From: Chrysemys picta bellii
Taxonomy: Eukaryota
NCBI RefSeq assembly: GCF_011386835.1
Contig: NC_088809.1
Location: 13,454,001 to 13,518,000 of the forward strand
DNA length: 64,000 bases
Direction of reading: 5' to 3'
In this document: positions 26,491 through 39,211 of the stretch, piece after piece
Numbering within the stretch: position 1 is the stretch's first letter
How the letters are laid out: each line of letters starts with the position of its first letter
Notes under the pieces: model-generated
What the model saw: the letters and a program-made list of their open reading frames with translations, nothing else
What the model was told of the DNA's origin: nothing
Databases searched by the model: none
Position numbers and translations under genes: made by a program

Positions 26491-28849
26491 AATTAAACTA
26501 GCATTTCCCCTCCAACAATCAGGTTGCAAGAATCCCAGTGCAGAAGGAATGTATCCCTATAAATAAGTGAAAGAGGTTTGTTTATGACTGTATCCCAGAA
26601 CAGGTAATACAGTGGAACTTAGATTAAAATGACTAAATCAAGACCCAGGACAAACTGGCTGCTTGATTTGTCTTTACCCAAAGGTTGCACCAAATTATTC
26701 TGGAGACCACAATGGGATACTTTAAGGGCATTGCTTAAGAAAGGGGTTTCTCCATCAGAAATAGTGTCCCTAGTGCAGGTTTCTGGGCCTGATTCGCCAC
26801 TAACTCATACCAGGGTGTAATAGGAGTAATTCCACTCAAGCTAATGCAGTTACACTGTAAGTGAAATGAGAAGACCATCAGGCAATATATATCATGATGC
26901 TAGAGTAGGACCTCCAAATCAATGGTTAAAGGGAATAAAAGAATTTGGGCAAGGTCACAGTCTCGTTACCCATCTGTTTAAAGGCATTTTCCTGTGCTAG
27001 TCCTGCTTGAATCTCATGCACACCTCCCTTAGCACCGCAGGTCAACATGTGTGCATTGAAATGTTTAAGCTTTGTACTGTGCTGAAGATAAAAAAGGATC
27101 AGTGAATAAACACTTGGGTGGATTTCTTGGTCCACACCCAAGTATGATTTGGGCCACTTGGCGCTGATGTGGTGGCTTATTTCTTTTGCTCAATTTTGAA
27201 AGAGGGGGGATTAGCCTAGTGAAAGAGTTTGCTAGGCTGGTATCTAGTACGATCTTTTGGACTAAGTTTAACACGTTCCAGTGTGAATGATGAGACTGGA
27301 ATAAGTGAGATGGTAGGATAAAGCAAGTTATCAGCACTCCATCACTGGAAGAATAAAGCCCCTTTTTCTCTGCAATGGTGATTAACGGGGAGCAAAGGGA
27401 GATGAAACCAGGGCACACCGTCTGCCATCCACTTAATCTTCAGATAATGGTTTTCTTAAAACTCCCTGGTCTGGCTGCTCTACATCCCCAGCACAGTGGG
27501 CACCGTAAATGAGTCTGTCTAAAGAAGAAGGATAAGGACGTAAAGGAAAATAGGAAGATAAAGGGATGGGGAAAATGCCTGGCATGCTAAAAAGGGTGGT
27601 GGCCTACAAAGCTATTACTTAGAACCAATGCGGTAACAGAGATGAAAGGAGAAAGATTAACTTTTGTTGTTCAATTTTGATGAAGGCACTCCGCTCGGTT
27701 TGAGTGAACACTATTTCTTGCTGAAAATCATATAGAAGAGCATCAGCCGCAGTGTCGAAAGGGACCAAATGGAGGATTTTGAAGCTTGATTCTCAAAACG
27801 ACATTAATATTTGTTCACTAGGCTAATGTATTTAAATGTCATGGCCTTTGAAGTTTTCTATTGCCTCAGTCTGAGGATTTGAGAGAAGGAGAACAAAACC
27901 CCCAAACAAGACATTTATTTAGCGATCCTGAAAGTTGTGGTTGCAGACCTACAGAACAGGGGCAGCGCAGGCAAAGACAGTGCAAACTGCCCTAGACCTA
28001 GGGGAAGATGACCAGCTGTCCCAATGTTATAGGAACTTTCCTGATATTCAGGGCTTTGTCTTATATAGGTGCCTATTGCCCCCCACTCCCATCCCAATTT
28101 TTCATACTTGCTTTCTGGTCACCCTACTTATACCACACACTGACAACATACACCAAACTCTACTAAAGCAGCCAACTCAAGCCTCCATGACCATTCAGTT
28201 CCTGGATCTTGTTGAGGCTGGTGACAAGGGACGAAGTTGTGATGAAAGTGCTTTCCATGACATGGATGTTGTCCACTCGGAATTTGCTGGAGACTAAAAA
28301 TTCATTCAACATAGTCCAGCAATTATTCATGTAGCCCCATCTGTCTGCAGAAATAGAGAGGCAAGGTCCCTGCCTCACAAAACATGCAACTTAACTTGGA
28401 CAAACACTGGAAATTATGGGAACAGATAAAGGAGTAGAGTAGGAGGAAAGAAAGGAGGACAGAGAAAAAAGGAGGAAGAGGATCAATTGAAACAGCAGCT
28501 AAGTAAGTAGATAGAATCAAAGGAGAGTCAGTCCTTGAGACAAAAGCCATTGTGACAGACATCATATACTGATTAGTGGACATATGAGAAACAGACACTG
28601 GCTTTTGGTCACTCACTTCTAGAGCTGGATAAAAATGGCAGTTATTTTTCACAGGAAATGTTCAAAATTTTCGGCAAATATTTTTCAGTTTTTCAAAGAA
28701 AAGCCTAAGTCTAAAATATTTTTGATTTCAGAAAACCTGAAACTTTTACCAAACACCAATTATTTTGGTGGGTGAGGGGGGTCTCAAAAGACAACCAACC
28801 AGTAAATGTCTACAAAAATGAATTTTTCCCATGAATATGTATTCTACTC

Positions 28850-28958
28850 ACTTCCAGATTGAGTATTATGGTCTAGGTATACTTGGCCCTGTCTCAGCAC
28901 AGGGCTAGATTAGATGACCTCTCGAGGTCCTTTCCACTCTTACATTACCATGATTCTA
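28850..28958 (+). mobile_element. CR1 LINE 3' end fragment
   Basis: TAGATGACCTCTCGAGGTCCTTTCCA..CATGATTCTA terminus. Confidence 0.75.
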
Positions 28959-31900
28959 AAATGCAGTGACCTAGGAGTGAAAAATTGCATATCCCACACC
29001 CATTTCCCAGAACCTCTTGAAACAGTTTGTTCATGAACAAAACCACCTAGACAAGTACATCGACACTAATGTCTACAGGATTACCAATTCTTCCACACTT
29101 AGATGCCACCAGTGATGGGCATACTACAAATGGATTAAATACTGTAGACAGATGTTGTTTGATTTGTTTTTCTTGAGCCTAAGACTACGATCCTAGAGGC
29201 TATTTTATATTTTTTTAATCCAAAACTGAAACATTAATGAGCACTCTGGATTGTATTAGAACATCAAAACAACCTCCCACCCCCACCATCATGGCTCTTA
29301 TAAAATCATTGTTAAAAAAATTTGGCCTGTTTTTCAAGTTGAAGTAGTCAAAATATTTTACATGTTCAGTGCTCGTGTACACTTATGATTGCCAATTATT
29401 CCAGATGTCTCTGCTAGTAAGTGATATCTCACATTCTTACTTTCTAACTCCTTTATTCATTCCATGGAAACACTTGATTATAATTGTCTATTACAGGCGG
29501 GTAAACAAAATGCATTTCCAATAGGACGCCTACATAATGCATGTGAGAGACGACATACCAGATGAATCAGCCAGAACGGCTGCTTTGACAGAAACTACTA
29601 GATGGATTCAGAATACCTAGATAGTTTGGGGAATGGTTTCTAAATACTACACCAGATACTAGGGCAACAGTGAAATTTTACTGGGAATAAGTATGTGACA
29701 GAATTTTAGCCAAAATTCTGACATTTGGCTTTGACTAATCTTAAGAGGCACCTCTCGCTGCGCAAGTATCTACAGCATAGCTGGATGTTAGTGCTGCTTA
29801 TCTCTGTGTCTTGGCAGTTTTCACTGGGGCCTGGCACAGTTTGGGGTGGAGGAGAAGTTAGAAAGAGGCCCCATTTCCTTGTTAGACTTCCCTGGAGAAT
29901 TTCATGTCAGACTCTCTTCTCTCACCCAGTATCAGAGACACACAATTAAAAGCCCCCAAACCCCAAAATTAAATAGAAGATTTGTGCACATACTGGTCCG
30001 GATCCTCTGCTCATGTAAATTGGCCCCGATTTACACCAGTTGAGTATTGGCCGTGCGTCTGTTGGATGAAATTTAAAAAGTGATGTTCCGATCATTAGTG
30101 TCCCTGTGACACTTTTTTATAAGAAAAGGGATGTTAACCATTGGTGGGCTGGCCAAACACAAGCTGGTGTGAATAGTCAGCCTGGCTAAATTAAACTCTT
30201 CTTAATTTCCTCTCTTAAACTACTGTGCAGGATTGCTGTATGCTGCTCAACAGTTACTGCGTTCAAAACAGAGGAGGCTGCATTTTCACGGTGAGTGAAA
30301 TGATCCCTTCATATAGTTTGTAACACAGCACTGGTATCCTTCAGGATGAAAGGCATTGTATAAACTCAAGCGAGTGTTATCCACACATCACTTTGAAAAT
30401 AAATTCCTTCAGTTATCAAAGGCACAAGAAATCATTTAGAAGCGTTTGTTATCTGAAACTCAATTATAGTCTGAGCACCCACATTGCCAACACATACATT
30501 TATTAGGCCTTCTGCTACTGCCAAAAGTACAGGGAAAATCATAATGGTTGGTCAGCTAAAACAAAGAGTTGCTTTGTACTATTTAAACAAGTGTCCTGTA
30601 GCCCCAATTCCCTCATGCCTCCGTTATAAAAAGTGAGTTGGTTAATTAGCCCTTGACCAGTTATTGCAAACATTAATAAGCAAAGCTACAGCGATGAGAG
30701 AGCCTGTAATTAAGCATTCTGCCGCTGTCTGGTTCTGCAAATAAGCTCTTTGAGACTTAAAAAACAAAACAACCCAAACCCTCAAATTAAAGGCAATCTG
30801 AAAATGAGTTCTGTTGCAGGGGAGTGTCTACTCACTGCTGGACAGCTCCTCCTCTTGGCAGTTCTGGCGATTAGCTTGGCCAGTCCTCCTGGCTTTATAA
30901 AAACCCCGCCTATACCCTCACAGGTGACCTTCCTTCTAATTAGCTCCCTCCACACAGCCTAAATTTCCCCCATTTGCAGCTTAATTGGCTGATTGAGCCC
31001 ACCTGATCTAATTCAGCTCTGGCAGGGCTGGTGTGGGGAGCACATTCCCCAGACTGAAGGGTATTTATATGTTTGATTTTTACACAGCCCCCGTCCTCCT
31101 TTACAGAGAATTCTCTGTCCATAGCCAGATACCATATGAAGATAGTCAAAGGAACGCATCCTGAACAGATTAAAGAGGAGGAGGATGGCAGGATCTGCCT
31201 GAACTAATAGGCATTCCAAACAACACAAGTCTCATTTAAAAAAGGAGAGCCTCCTTCTACATTAGGTGATTTTCTACCAAGCCCTTCTGAAAACTTGGTC
31301 TCATGTGGTCATACAAAGACCAGGTCCAGAATAGCACTTCTCAAAAGGTTTATCTTGACACGTGTTTCGTTTTCATTTAGGAGAAGGAGCACTGTCTAGC
31401 AGTTACAGCTTATGTAGAGAGTAAGGGTCATCTTCCTGACTTTGCAACAGACTTCCTGCTTGACCCTGGGCAAGACACTTAACCTGAGTGCACCTCAGTT
31501 TTCCTTATTTGCACCCTGGGGAACTAGCAGGAGTGTAATGTCTGTAAAGTGTTGTAAGACCTTTGAGTGAAGGTACTAGAGAAGAGCAACATCTTATTTA
31601 CAGGAATACTGTACTTCACGCGATCATGGTAAACACACCATACAGAATAACTTCTAAGAACAATAAATTCTTAGTCATCTGAGACCAGACTGTGGTATTC
31701 CTCCGTTGCAGTGTTTGCTGAGGAGTCGGTGAGGTTGGATTAATTTTTGTGGAATCTAATTGGCCGAGAAGTGAAGTGAGAATTAGGAAGGTTCTGCAGC
31801 ACAGCGCAGAATTTAACTTGGCAAGAGTGCAACAAATAACTTGGCTGAAAGCCATTTTGGGTATTTCCGTTGGAAGCCCCTTGGGATCTTTAGTGCCCAT

Positions 31901-32009
31901 AATATCATATATGCAATGCCGGTAAGCCTGCAAGGATGAGAGTCAGTATGCTAACACAACCTTACTTGTAATCATTCGCTAGGGCTCAGGAAGTCACATG
32001 GTTTGTATT

Positions 32010-32315
32010 AATAGCAAGTGCATATTATTATTTTTATTATTTGTATTACAGTAGTGCCTCAAAATCCCTACCCTGTGTACTGCTAGGTGCAGTACAAACA
32101 CACACAGACACAAAGAGCTCATTGTTGAAAAAGAAAACATAAACTCAAGGTGAGAAAAAGGAAGCATTGACATGCCCATTTTACAGAGGAGGAAATGAGG
32201 CACTGTGATAAGAAGTGACTTGCCTGAGGTCACAGAGGAAGACCTGTGCAGAGACAGCGACTGAACCCAGAGTTTGAGTGCCAGTTTAGCACCTAGACCA
32301 TGGGCCACCCTGCCC
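32010..32315 (-). mobile_element. MIR/CORE-like SINE with L2-like tail
   Basis: CCCATTTTACAGAGGAGGAAATGAGGCAC..GTGACTTGCCTGAGGTCACA reverse CORE motif with a TATTATTTGTATTACAGTAG tail. Confidence 0.7.
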
Positions 32316-32962
32316 CTGTCCAAAGAGTGATAAATCTGGGGTATGTTTCAAGAAGTGCACAGTTTTATCTCAATGAAGACCCATCACTAGGAGACAGTGT
32401 GTTTGATCCCTTGGTGGGAGGGGAGTTGGGACACACCTTGCATTACTTTCCTGCCCCCCTCCTCTGGAATAAAGGAGCAGATGAGTCTGGCCGTTGGTGG
32501 GTCCCAGCAAGAGCCAGCCAGGCCTCCCGAGCTGAGGGACGACTGTCTACAAGGGGGCTGATGGGGAGTCGAAGAGGGGAAGGATGGAGACATCTTGGGG
32601 AGGAGTCCTTTCCTCATTTCCTTCCCCATCCGAAAAACAGCCAGTTCTATCACGAGGCTCACAGACAATGTTCAGTTTGTCCTACAGTGGAAACGTGATG
32701 CGACTGTTTCGTTTCAGGAAATTTGTGGTGAAATTTATGATGTCCCTGGAATGGGACCTAGACTCGGATTTGGCCAAGAAGTTAGACTGTGTTGAATATT
32801 ACCGGAGGGTGGAGGGGGTAAGGAGGAGGGGGAAAAAGTCCTTTCAAATTTGTTCAATGGATTAGCAAAAACCAACATTTACCCTCAGAAGCTATTACAG
32901 CTCTGACAGGGGAAAAGGCAGAGAAAGTGATTTGTCATGCTGGTTCAGTATTTACAGTTTAG

Positions 32963-33098
32963 NNNNNNNNNNNNNNNNNNNNNNNNNNNNNNNNNNNNNN
33001 NNNNNNNNNNNNNNNNNNNNNNNNNNNNNNNNNNNNNNNNNNNNNNNNNNNNNNNNNNNNNNNNNNNNNNNNNNNNNNNNNNNNNNNNNNNNNNNNNN
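32963..33098. other. Assembly gap (136 N)
   Basis: Run of N seen directly. Confidence 1.
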
Positions 33099-34624
33099 TA
33101 GCTCCATAGATCTGGCCAGGCTAACAGTGATACATAACATATGCTTCCCCCTATATTTTAGTTGCCAATTTCTCCCTAATCCTGTGTCCCCCCTCCACAC
33201 ACACACACACACCCCCCAAAGCAGATGTGGCTTTTGCGGTAATCGTTAATGATCCTTTGCACGCATCAGAAACCAGGATTAGGAAAGCAATGGAGCCAGA
33301 CAGAGACAGATGTTGAAAGCTCTGGTTTTGTAGTGCGAAGAGGCCAATCCTGCAAGGTGCTGGGCACCTCCTGCTGAGCACTGCCACCTCCATTCGCTGC
33401 CAACATCAGGCCCTAGATTTTTAACAGAACAAAAGGTTCCTTGCACAGAAGAATTCAATTAGAGCACTGGAATGCTCCCTCTTACAAAGCTGAACGCAGA
33501 CAGGCACATCCATTTCTGCCCACGATTAGCTGAATGGGAAAAAAAATTTGAAATCGAGGCTCCTGAAAGAAAACCTCATTCTCTACTGACTAAAATTCAT
33601 ATTCGGCTCCCAGACAAAGGCCGTTGCCAATCGATCAGTCTATCTGTCAGCATTATCCAAACCAGCCTGAACAAGTGTTTAAAGTACAAGATGCTGAACC
33701 TGGTGAAAACTTGAAAATGATAAGAGGGGGTGGCTGAAGAGGGAAAGGCAACAGGCGCGTGTAGCAATGGGAGGTTATGGAGCTGCACAGAAAGAACAAC
33801 ATAATCTAAATAACCTTGAAGCCAAGCGATCGTCTTTGCAATGTGCTCTAGTTTGAATTTGGTTCCCTGCATTTTCATCTCTCTTCAATTATTTTCACTC
33901 CATTTATTTAAAAAAAGCCTTTTTAATGAGTAATCCTGACATTAGTGGAGACTTTTGGAACATGTTAATGATGATGAACCTGCTAATGAGAGTGAAGGAA
34001 CTGAAGCCCTTGTAGTTTTCCATAAAGTAAATTCTTCTGCGACAAATGCTTTTTTTTTTTTAAACTCCTAACACTTAAAGTTTCAAGCTCAATATTATGA
34101 GAAAGGTGAAGCAGGATGACAGGGTTCATTTATTCTGCTTTGTGTTTCACTTCTGAGACTTCTCTGGAGCCGAGACTGCTAATCAAAATGTCCTTTCAGA
34201 TGTGTGGTGACTTTTTATGTGGAGCAGTTGACGTTTGTTCATTAAAGATTTAACTGTGGCCATGAAGCTTATTTTATCCAGGGCTTCAGACAAGTCCCAA
34301 AGCTAGATGATTTTTTTTTCTTTCCCGGCAATCCACCAGCTCCAAGCAGATCTCAGGTATGTGATGGGAACCACATATACCAGGGGCATCAGCACCTCTG
34401 CTGCAATTTAAATATGAACAGGACTATGCTGTGTACTCTGTGCAATCTGACTACTTTAACTGACTGGTGGATACGTTGTGATGGCTATTAAATGATGCTT
34501 TGGTGGAAAAAAAGCCACAGTGGATAAGCATCTTTCCTGTGCAAAGAGCAGGGTGGGACCAGGGATAGTAACATACCTCGTTTTTATTTCTAAGGTATTC
34601 AACCATCCGTCCTTACTATCTTTA

Positions 34625-34812
34625 ATGTGTTTATCTTCACAACACCCTTGTGAGACAGGTAAGTACTATTATCCCCATATACAGATGGGAAACTGAAGCA
34701 CTGGGACACTAAATGACTTGTCCACAGTCACAAAGGGAGTCTTTGGTGGAGAAGAGAATGAATCTGGGTCCCCTAAATCCAAGATGAATGCCCTAGCCAG
34801 TGGACCAGTCTT
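34625..34812 (-). mobile_element. MIR/CORE-like SINE
   Basis: CCCCATATACAGATGGGAAACTGAAGCAC..TGACTTGTCCACAGTCACA reverse CORE motif. Confidence 0.7.
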
Positions 34813-37800
34813 CTTTGTTAGCATACCTCAGGCAATGATTTCAAAGTGATTAACACATAAACGATAATTATTCTCATTTTACCGATGATGAGCCTGAGAC
34901 AGAGAGAGATGAGGTGACTTGTCACACAGTCAGCCAGCTCCCTTGACTCATATTCCAGTGCCCTATCCACTCACTCACTCTCTCTGGATGAGCAGACAAT
35001 TAACACACCAGTCATGGATCACTTTCCCAAAGATACATGGTGTTGCACAGATTAATAAGAGTTTCCAGGTCCACTCAAAGTTGGCTACTGCTATGCTATA
35101 CTGTAGATTTCTTATTTGATCCCAAACCAGATTGGTTATCCCTCTGTAAAGTAAGTTCTTTGATTTATGAAACCAGCCCTTCACCCACCCTTCTGTACAA
35201 AGAAGTGTTTTATGCAACGGATCCAGAGTTGAAGCCAGGTGTCGTTACTGACCACTCTTTGTAAAAGCTCAGTTGCTTACAGAACTCAAAATGCATGTGT
35301 CTGTTCTTCTGCTGGCAAAAATAAAGTCTGAGAGTCAACTGGAGTTCATACTCTCTGCAACGAAAATGACAGAGAAAAATTGTGTCAGAGACAGCCAAGG
35401 AGCAACTTTTGGCTGTTATAATAATGGGGGGGGGGGGGGGGAAATGGCTTAAGCTAGTTGGGTGTAAGAGTTGGATATTTTTCTGTATCAGCTTGAACTT
35501 CATAAAGATTACAAGGAATAATCAAACTGCAAACATTTTAGCACTTTCCGCTAGTTATTTTAAATATATATAAAAGTTTCCATAAAAAAGTATTAGAAGA
35601 AACCAAACGTTGAGAAAATGTGCACGAGCTTCCATTTAATTACACCTTTTGTTTTTGCTAGGCAAAATGCCTGGAACAGTGGTGTGTGTCTGTCATTTTC
35701 CCTGATAGAGTTGGCAGCTGTTCAAATGCCCCAAAAGCACGACCAGCAGGGTTATGAAGGAACGTTGCCAGTGATTAATATTACATACTGGTTGACCTGC
35801 TGTAATCATTAAGCTGTTTTCCCAGATAAAATTAGAAAACATTTCATTCTCACCTTAACTTGCATGTTGTTCACCTGCATATTCCACATTTATTACCGCA
35901 TTCACATCAGAATAATTAGGCTAAGGACTGAATGTAAAATTGAACTTCATTTCCCAACCTCTGTTCTATACTTTAATTATAGCCTAATAATTTTTATATT
36001 AACTAGAGCTGTGCCAAGTTAGGACTTTTTGTGTGCGTGTGCAAAGTTTTCTGCAAAAATATTTCTTTAAGGTAATTTTTCAGCTGCAAAGTTTTGCTTT
36101 TGCATGAAATGTTGGGATGATGGATTTTTTTTCAGATTGATTCATTGAAAAGCCATTGCTGCATGAAACTGTGAACAGAAGAAGAGATGGGATAGTTGCC
36201 ATCTTTGAGATTTTCATTTTGTGGGCATAGAGTGGGAGGAGGCAGGGAGGGAAATACTTAATATATTTCCAGAAATGGCTCTGGTTTTCAAACAAGTGCT
36301 TTTATGCTTCCCCCACCATGGCATTCCTCATACTTGGGAGGAGCTCCCCATAAAAATCCCAAAACTGAATCATTGTCCTCCTTCAAATCCCTCTTTAAAA
36401 CCCTCATTTGCTGTGCTGCCTACAAAAAACTCGACAACAGGCAGTTGGTGTGCTGAGAGCACTGCCTGTCATGCTGACCCATATTGTCTTGTAGTTTCCT
36501 TTTGCTCCACTTCTCTCTATAGCACCCGTTGTTTCTTGTTTCATATTTAGATAGCTCTTTGGAATAGGTGACCATCCTTATGTTCTGTATATGTACAGCA
36601 CCTAGCACAATCAGTCCATGACTGTGGCTCCTAGGTGCTACCTCAATAAATAAATAAATAAACAAACAAACATCCATCATTTTGTGTGTGTGTACGTATG
36701 CACCACTGCCCTCTTTTGGGTAGAATCTGAAGTCCTCACCTGTGTGTCATAGAGCCTACAGCTGCCGGAAATCCTTCTGTATTTCAAACGGTAGGGGCAC
36801 TGCTTGTTGGGACAGAGGTTCTGATTGTATAAAACAGAGCTGAAAAGTTTTACATAAAGTCTGCACCAGATTTTCTTTTGACACAGGAAGGAGTCTGTTA
36901 CTGGCACAGTTTTTCCGCCTCCTAAAGCACTATGTGAAACTCCTGAAAAAGTTTCCACACTGAAAAATAATAGTTTCATTGTTTTATTCCAGGCAATTTT
37001 GCAGCTAGGTCAATGAAACATGGAAAAATTGGAATGAGCTCATTTTCACTCAGAAATGGGACTCCCCTCCCCCCCCCCCCCCCAAGTAAACAGTTCACAG
37101 ATCATGGCTTATTTTTAGGTAAAAATGGGTCCATTTTCTAGTGCAGAACAACATTCAAAAAAGTAAAATCAAATTCCAAGTATCTTCTACTTTCATTGCA
37201 AATAGTTCACACATATCTAAGAGCTAGGCCTCCAGTTCCCTTTCAGGAATGTCATATATGGCTTTGCCAAACAGATTTCATAGTCCAGGCAAGGCACATC
37301 ATTTAAAGGGGGTTTAGGAGGTTGCAATGTGTTTTTATCTTCTAGAGAAGCTTCATGAGAGCTCTTAGAATCGGAGGATCTGATCTCAACCTCTTCCGGC
37401 ACTGAGAAGTTACACAGCTTGACTGAAATCAACCTATCTCCAGTACAACAGAAACAAGACAAAAAACACCCAAGGAACCTAACAATGTGTTATCTTTTGC
37501 TCGAATAGGCAGGAAAATACATGAAATTCAGCAGTGCAAAACTGAAGTAAGGGAAAATTCAGCAGTTTCGAGTGAGTTTTCCTTCAAGATTTTTGGTACA
37601 AGCCCACTAAAAAAAGCTTGTATGAACCTGTGGGGATGTTCTTCCTTTACGTCTTTAGTGGACAGCAGGCAGGAAGTGGGTCTGAGGAAGATTCTGAGCA
37701 AAAGCTCTCCAGTGAAGAAGGGAGAGACAGAAAATAGTTATGGGGGGAACACCATTCAGGGTTAGAAGAAAGTTGCTTTATCTCTGCTTCTTCACTATTG

Positions 37801-38941
37801 CCACAGAATAGAACACCTTGTAGCTGAAGCTGCTCAGGAAGTGGTCTGATTCCAAGCTCAATGAAGTCAGTGAAAATTCTCTCAGTGACTTCAATAGCCC
37901 ATAAAGTATATTTTTCCATGTTTTGTTCCAAGTGTCTGAAATTAGAATTTTAGGGCCAGAGTATGATTCTAGCCTACTGACTAGGCTATACCCGTTTTCA
38001 TAGATCACTATCATCTACATTACACCAATTTAACCGAGACCAGAATCTGGTTCTTAGAACAGACAAGCTTATTCCCCGAACTGCAACTTTTCCAAATGGC
38101 ATTTCTCCATAGTGCTCATACTCACATTATTTTTTTTACTGTTTGAGATTTTCTTTCCTGGTTTTAGTATTAGAGAGAGGTTTTGAAATGTCAGAAAGAA
38201 AGTCTGTTTTTTCACTTCTCCTAATAAGCTTGCACTGTGATATGGAAAACAGTTCTACTGCAAAGCAATCTCCAAAGGAAGACCCCACTTTGAGGGATTT
38301 TTCTTTGGCTTCCTAATCATTTCAGCATGCTAATTCTTGCCATTAATGATCACTCACTGCATCTGGTCTGTTATACAGTGATTGCCACTTGAAACGATTT
38401 CCTATATATCAGAACACACTTATTCTAGCAGGGAATTTGATCTCGGGTAATGCAGTTGCCCTAAACTGGGTAAAACAGACAGTGTTAGTTCTGGGTTGTT
38501 TATGCCTACTGTATGGTAAACATGGCATAAAAATATCCCCTTATGATCTGAAATCAGGGATAGCCTAACAAGATAACCCAGAAAAGATGTGAAATTTGGA
38601 ATATGCAATGACTAAAAGCAGCCTTTGTTCCGATGAGGTGGCTCAGAATCAGATTCCTCTGTTCAGCAATAGATAAGCCAGATCATTTGTTCTGCAAATC
38701 AGGTACAGATAAGCATGGGTGGTGGAATTAGGTGAGCTGCCGCACACCCCTGCCCCGAACTAGTAATAACAACACAAATACATGGCTTCCGCCTTCAGTA
38801 CCCCCCGACCCTCCCTATAAAAATTGCTCCAGCACCTCTGCAGATAAGAAAACAGGGAGAAAAATATGATAAATAATTTAACCTTCCTTGTATAAAGAAC
38901 AGGAGTACTTGTGGCACCTTAGAGACTAACAATTTATTAGA

Positions 38942-38981
38942 GCATAAGCTTTCATGGGCTACTGCCCACTTCTTCGGATGC
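38942..38981 (-). ncRNA. Minimal hammerhead ribozyme motif (U4C variant)
   Basis: Minus strand reads GCAT-CCGAAGA-A-GTGGGC-AGTA-GCCCAT-GAA-AGCT-T-ATGC. Structure inferred by eye; activity untested. Confidence 0.65.
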
Positions 38982-39171
38982 ATATAGAGTGGAACATATA
39001 TTGAGGAGATATATATACACACATACAGAGAGCATGAACAAACAAACAAAAAATTGTGGGTTTTTTTCTCTTCCTTAATTGGCCTCTCAGAGTTGGTAAG
39101 ACAACTCCCACCTGTTCATGCTCTCTATATGTGTGTATATATATCTCCTCAATATATGTTCCACTCTATAT

Positions 39172-39211
39172 GCATCCGAAGAAGTGGGCAGTAGCCCACA
39201 AAAGCTTATGC
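39172..39211 (+). ncRNA. Minimal hammerhead ribozyme motif, probably inactive (G12A)
   Basis: GCAT-CCGAAGA-A-GTGGGC-AGTA-GCCCAC-AAA-AGCT-T-ATGC; the catalytic G12 is replaced by A. Confidence 0.55.

Noticed and set aside
32932-33249. ORFs spanning the N run
   Set aside because: Artefact of the assembly gap.
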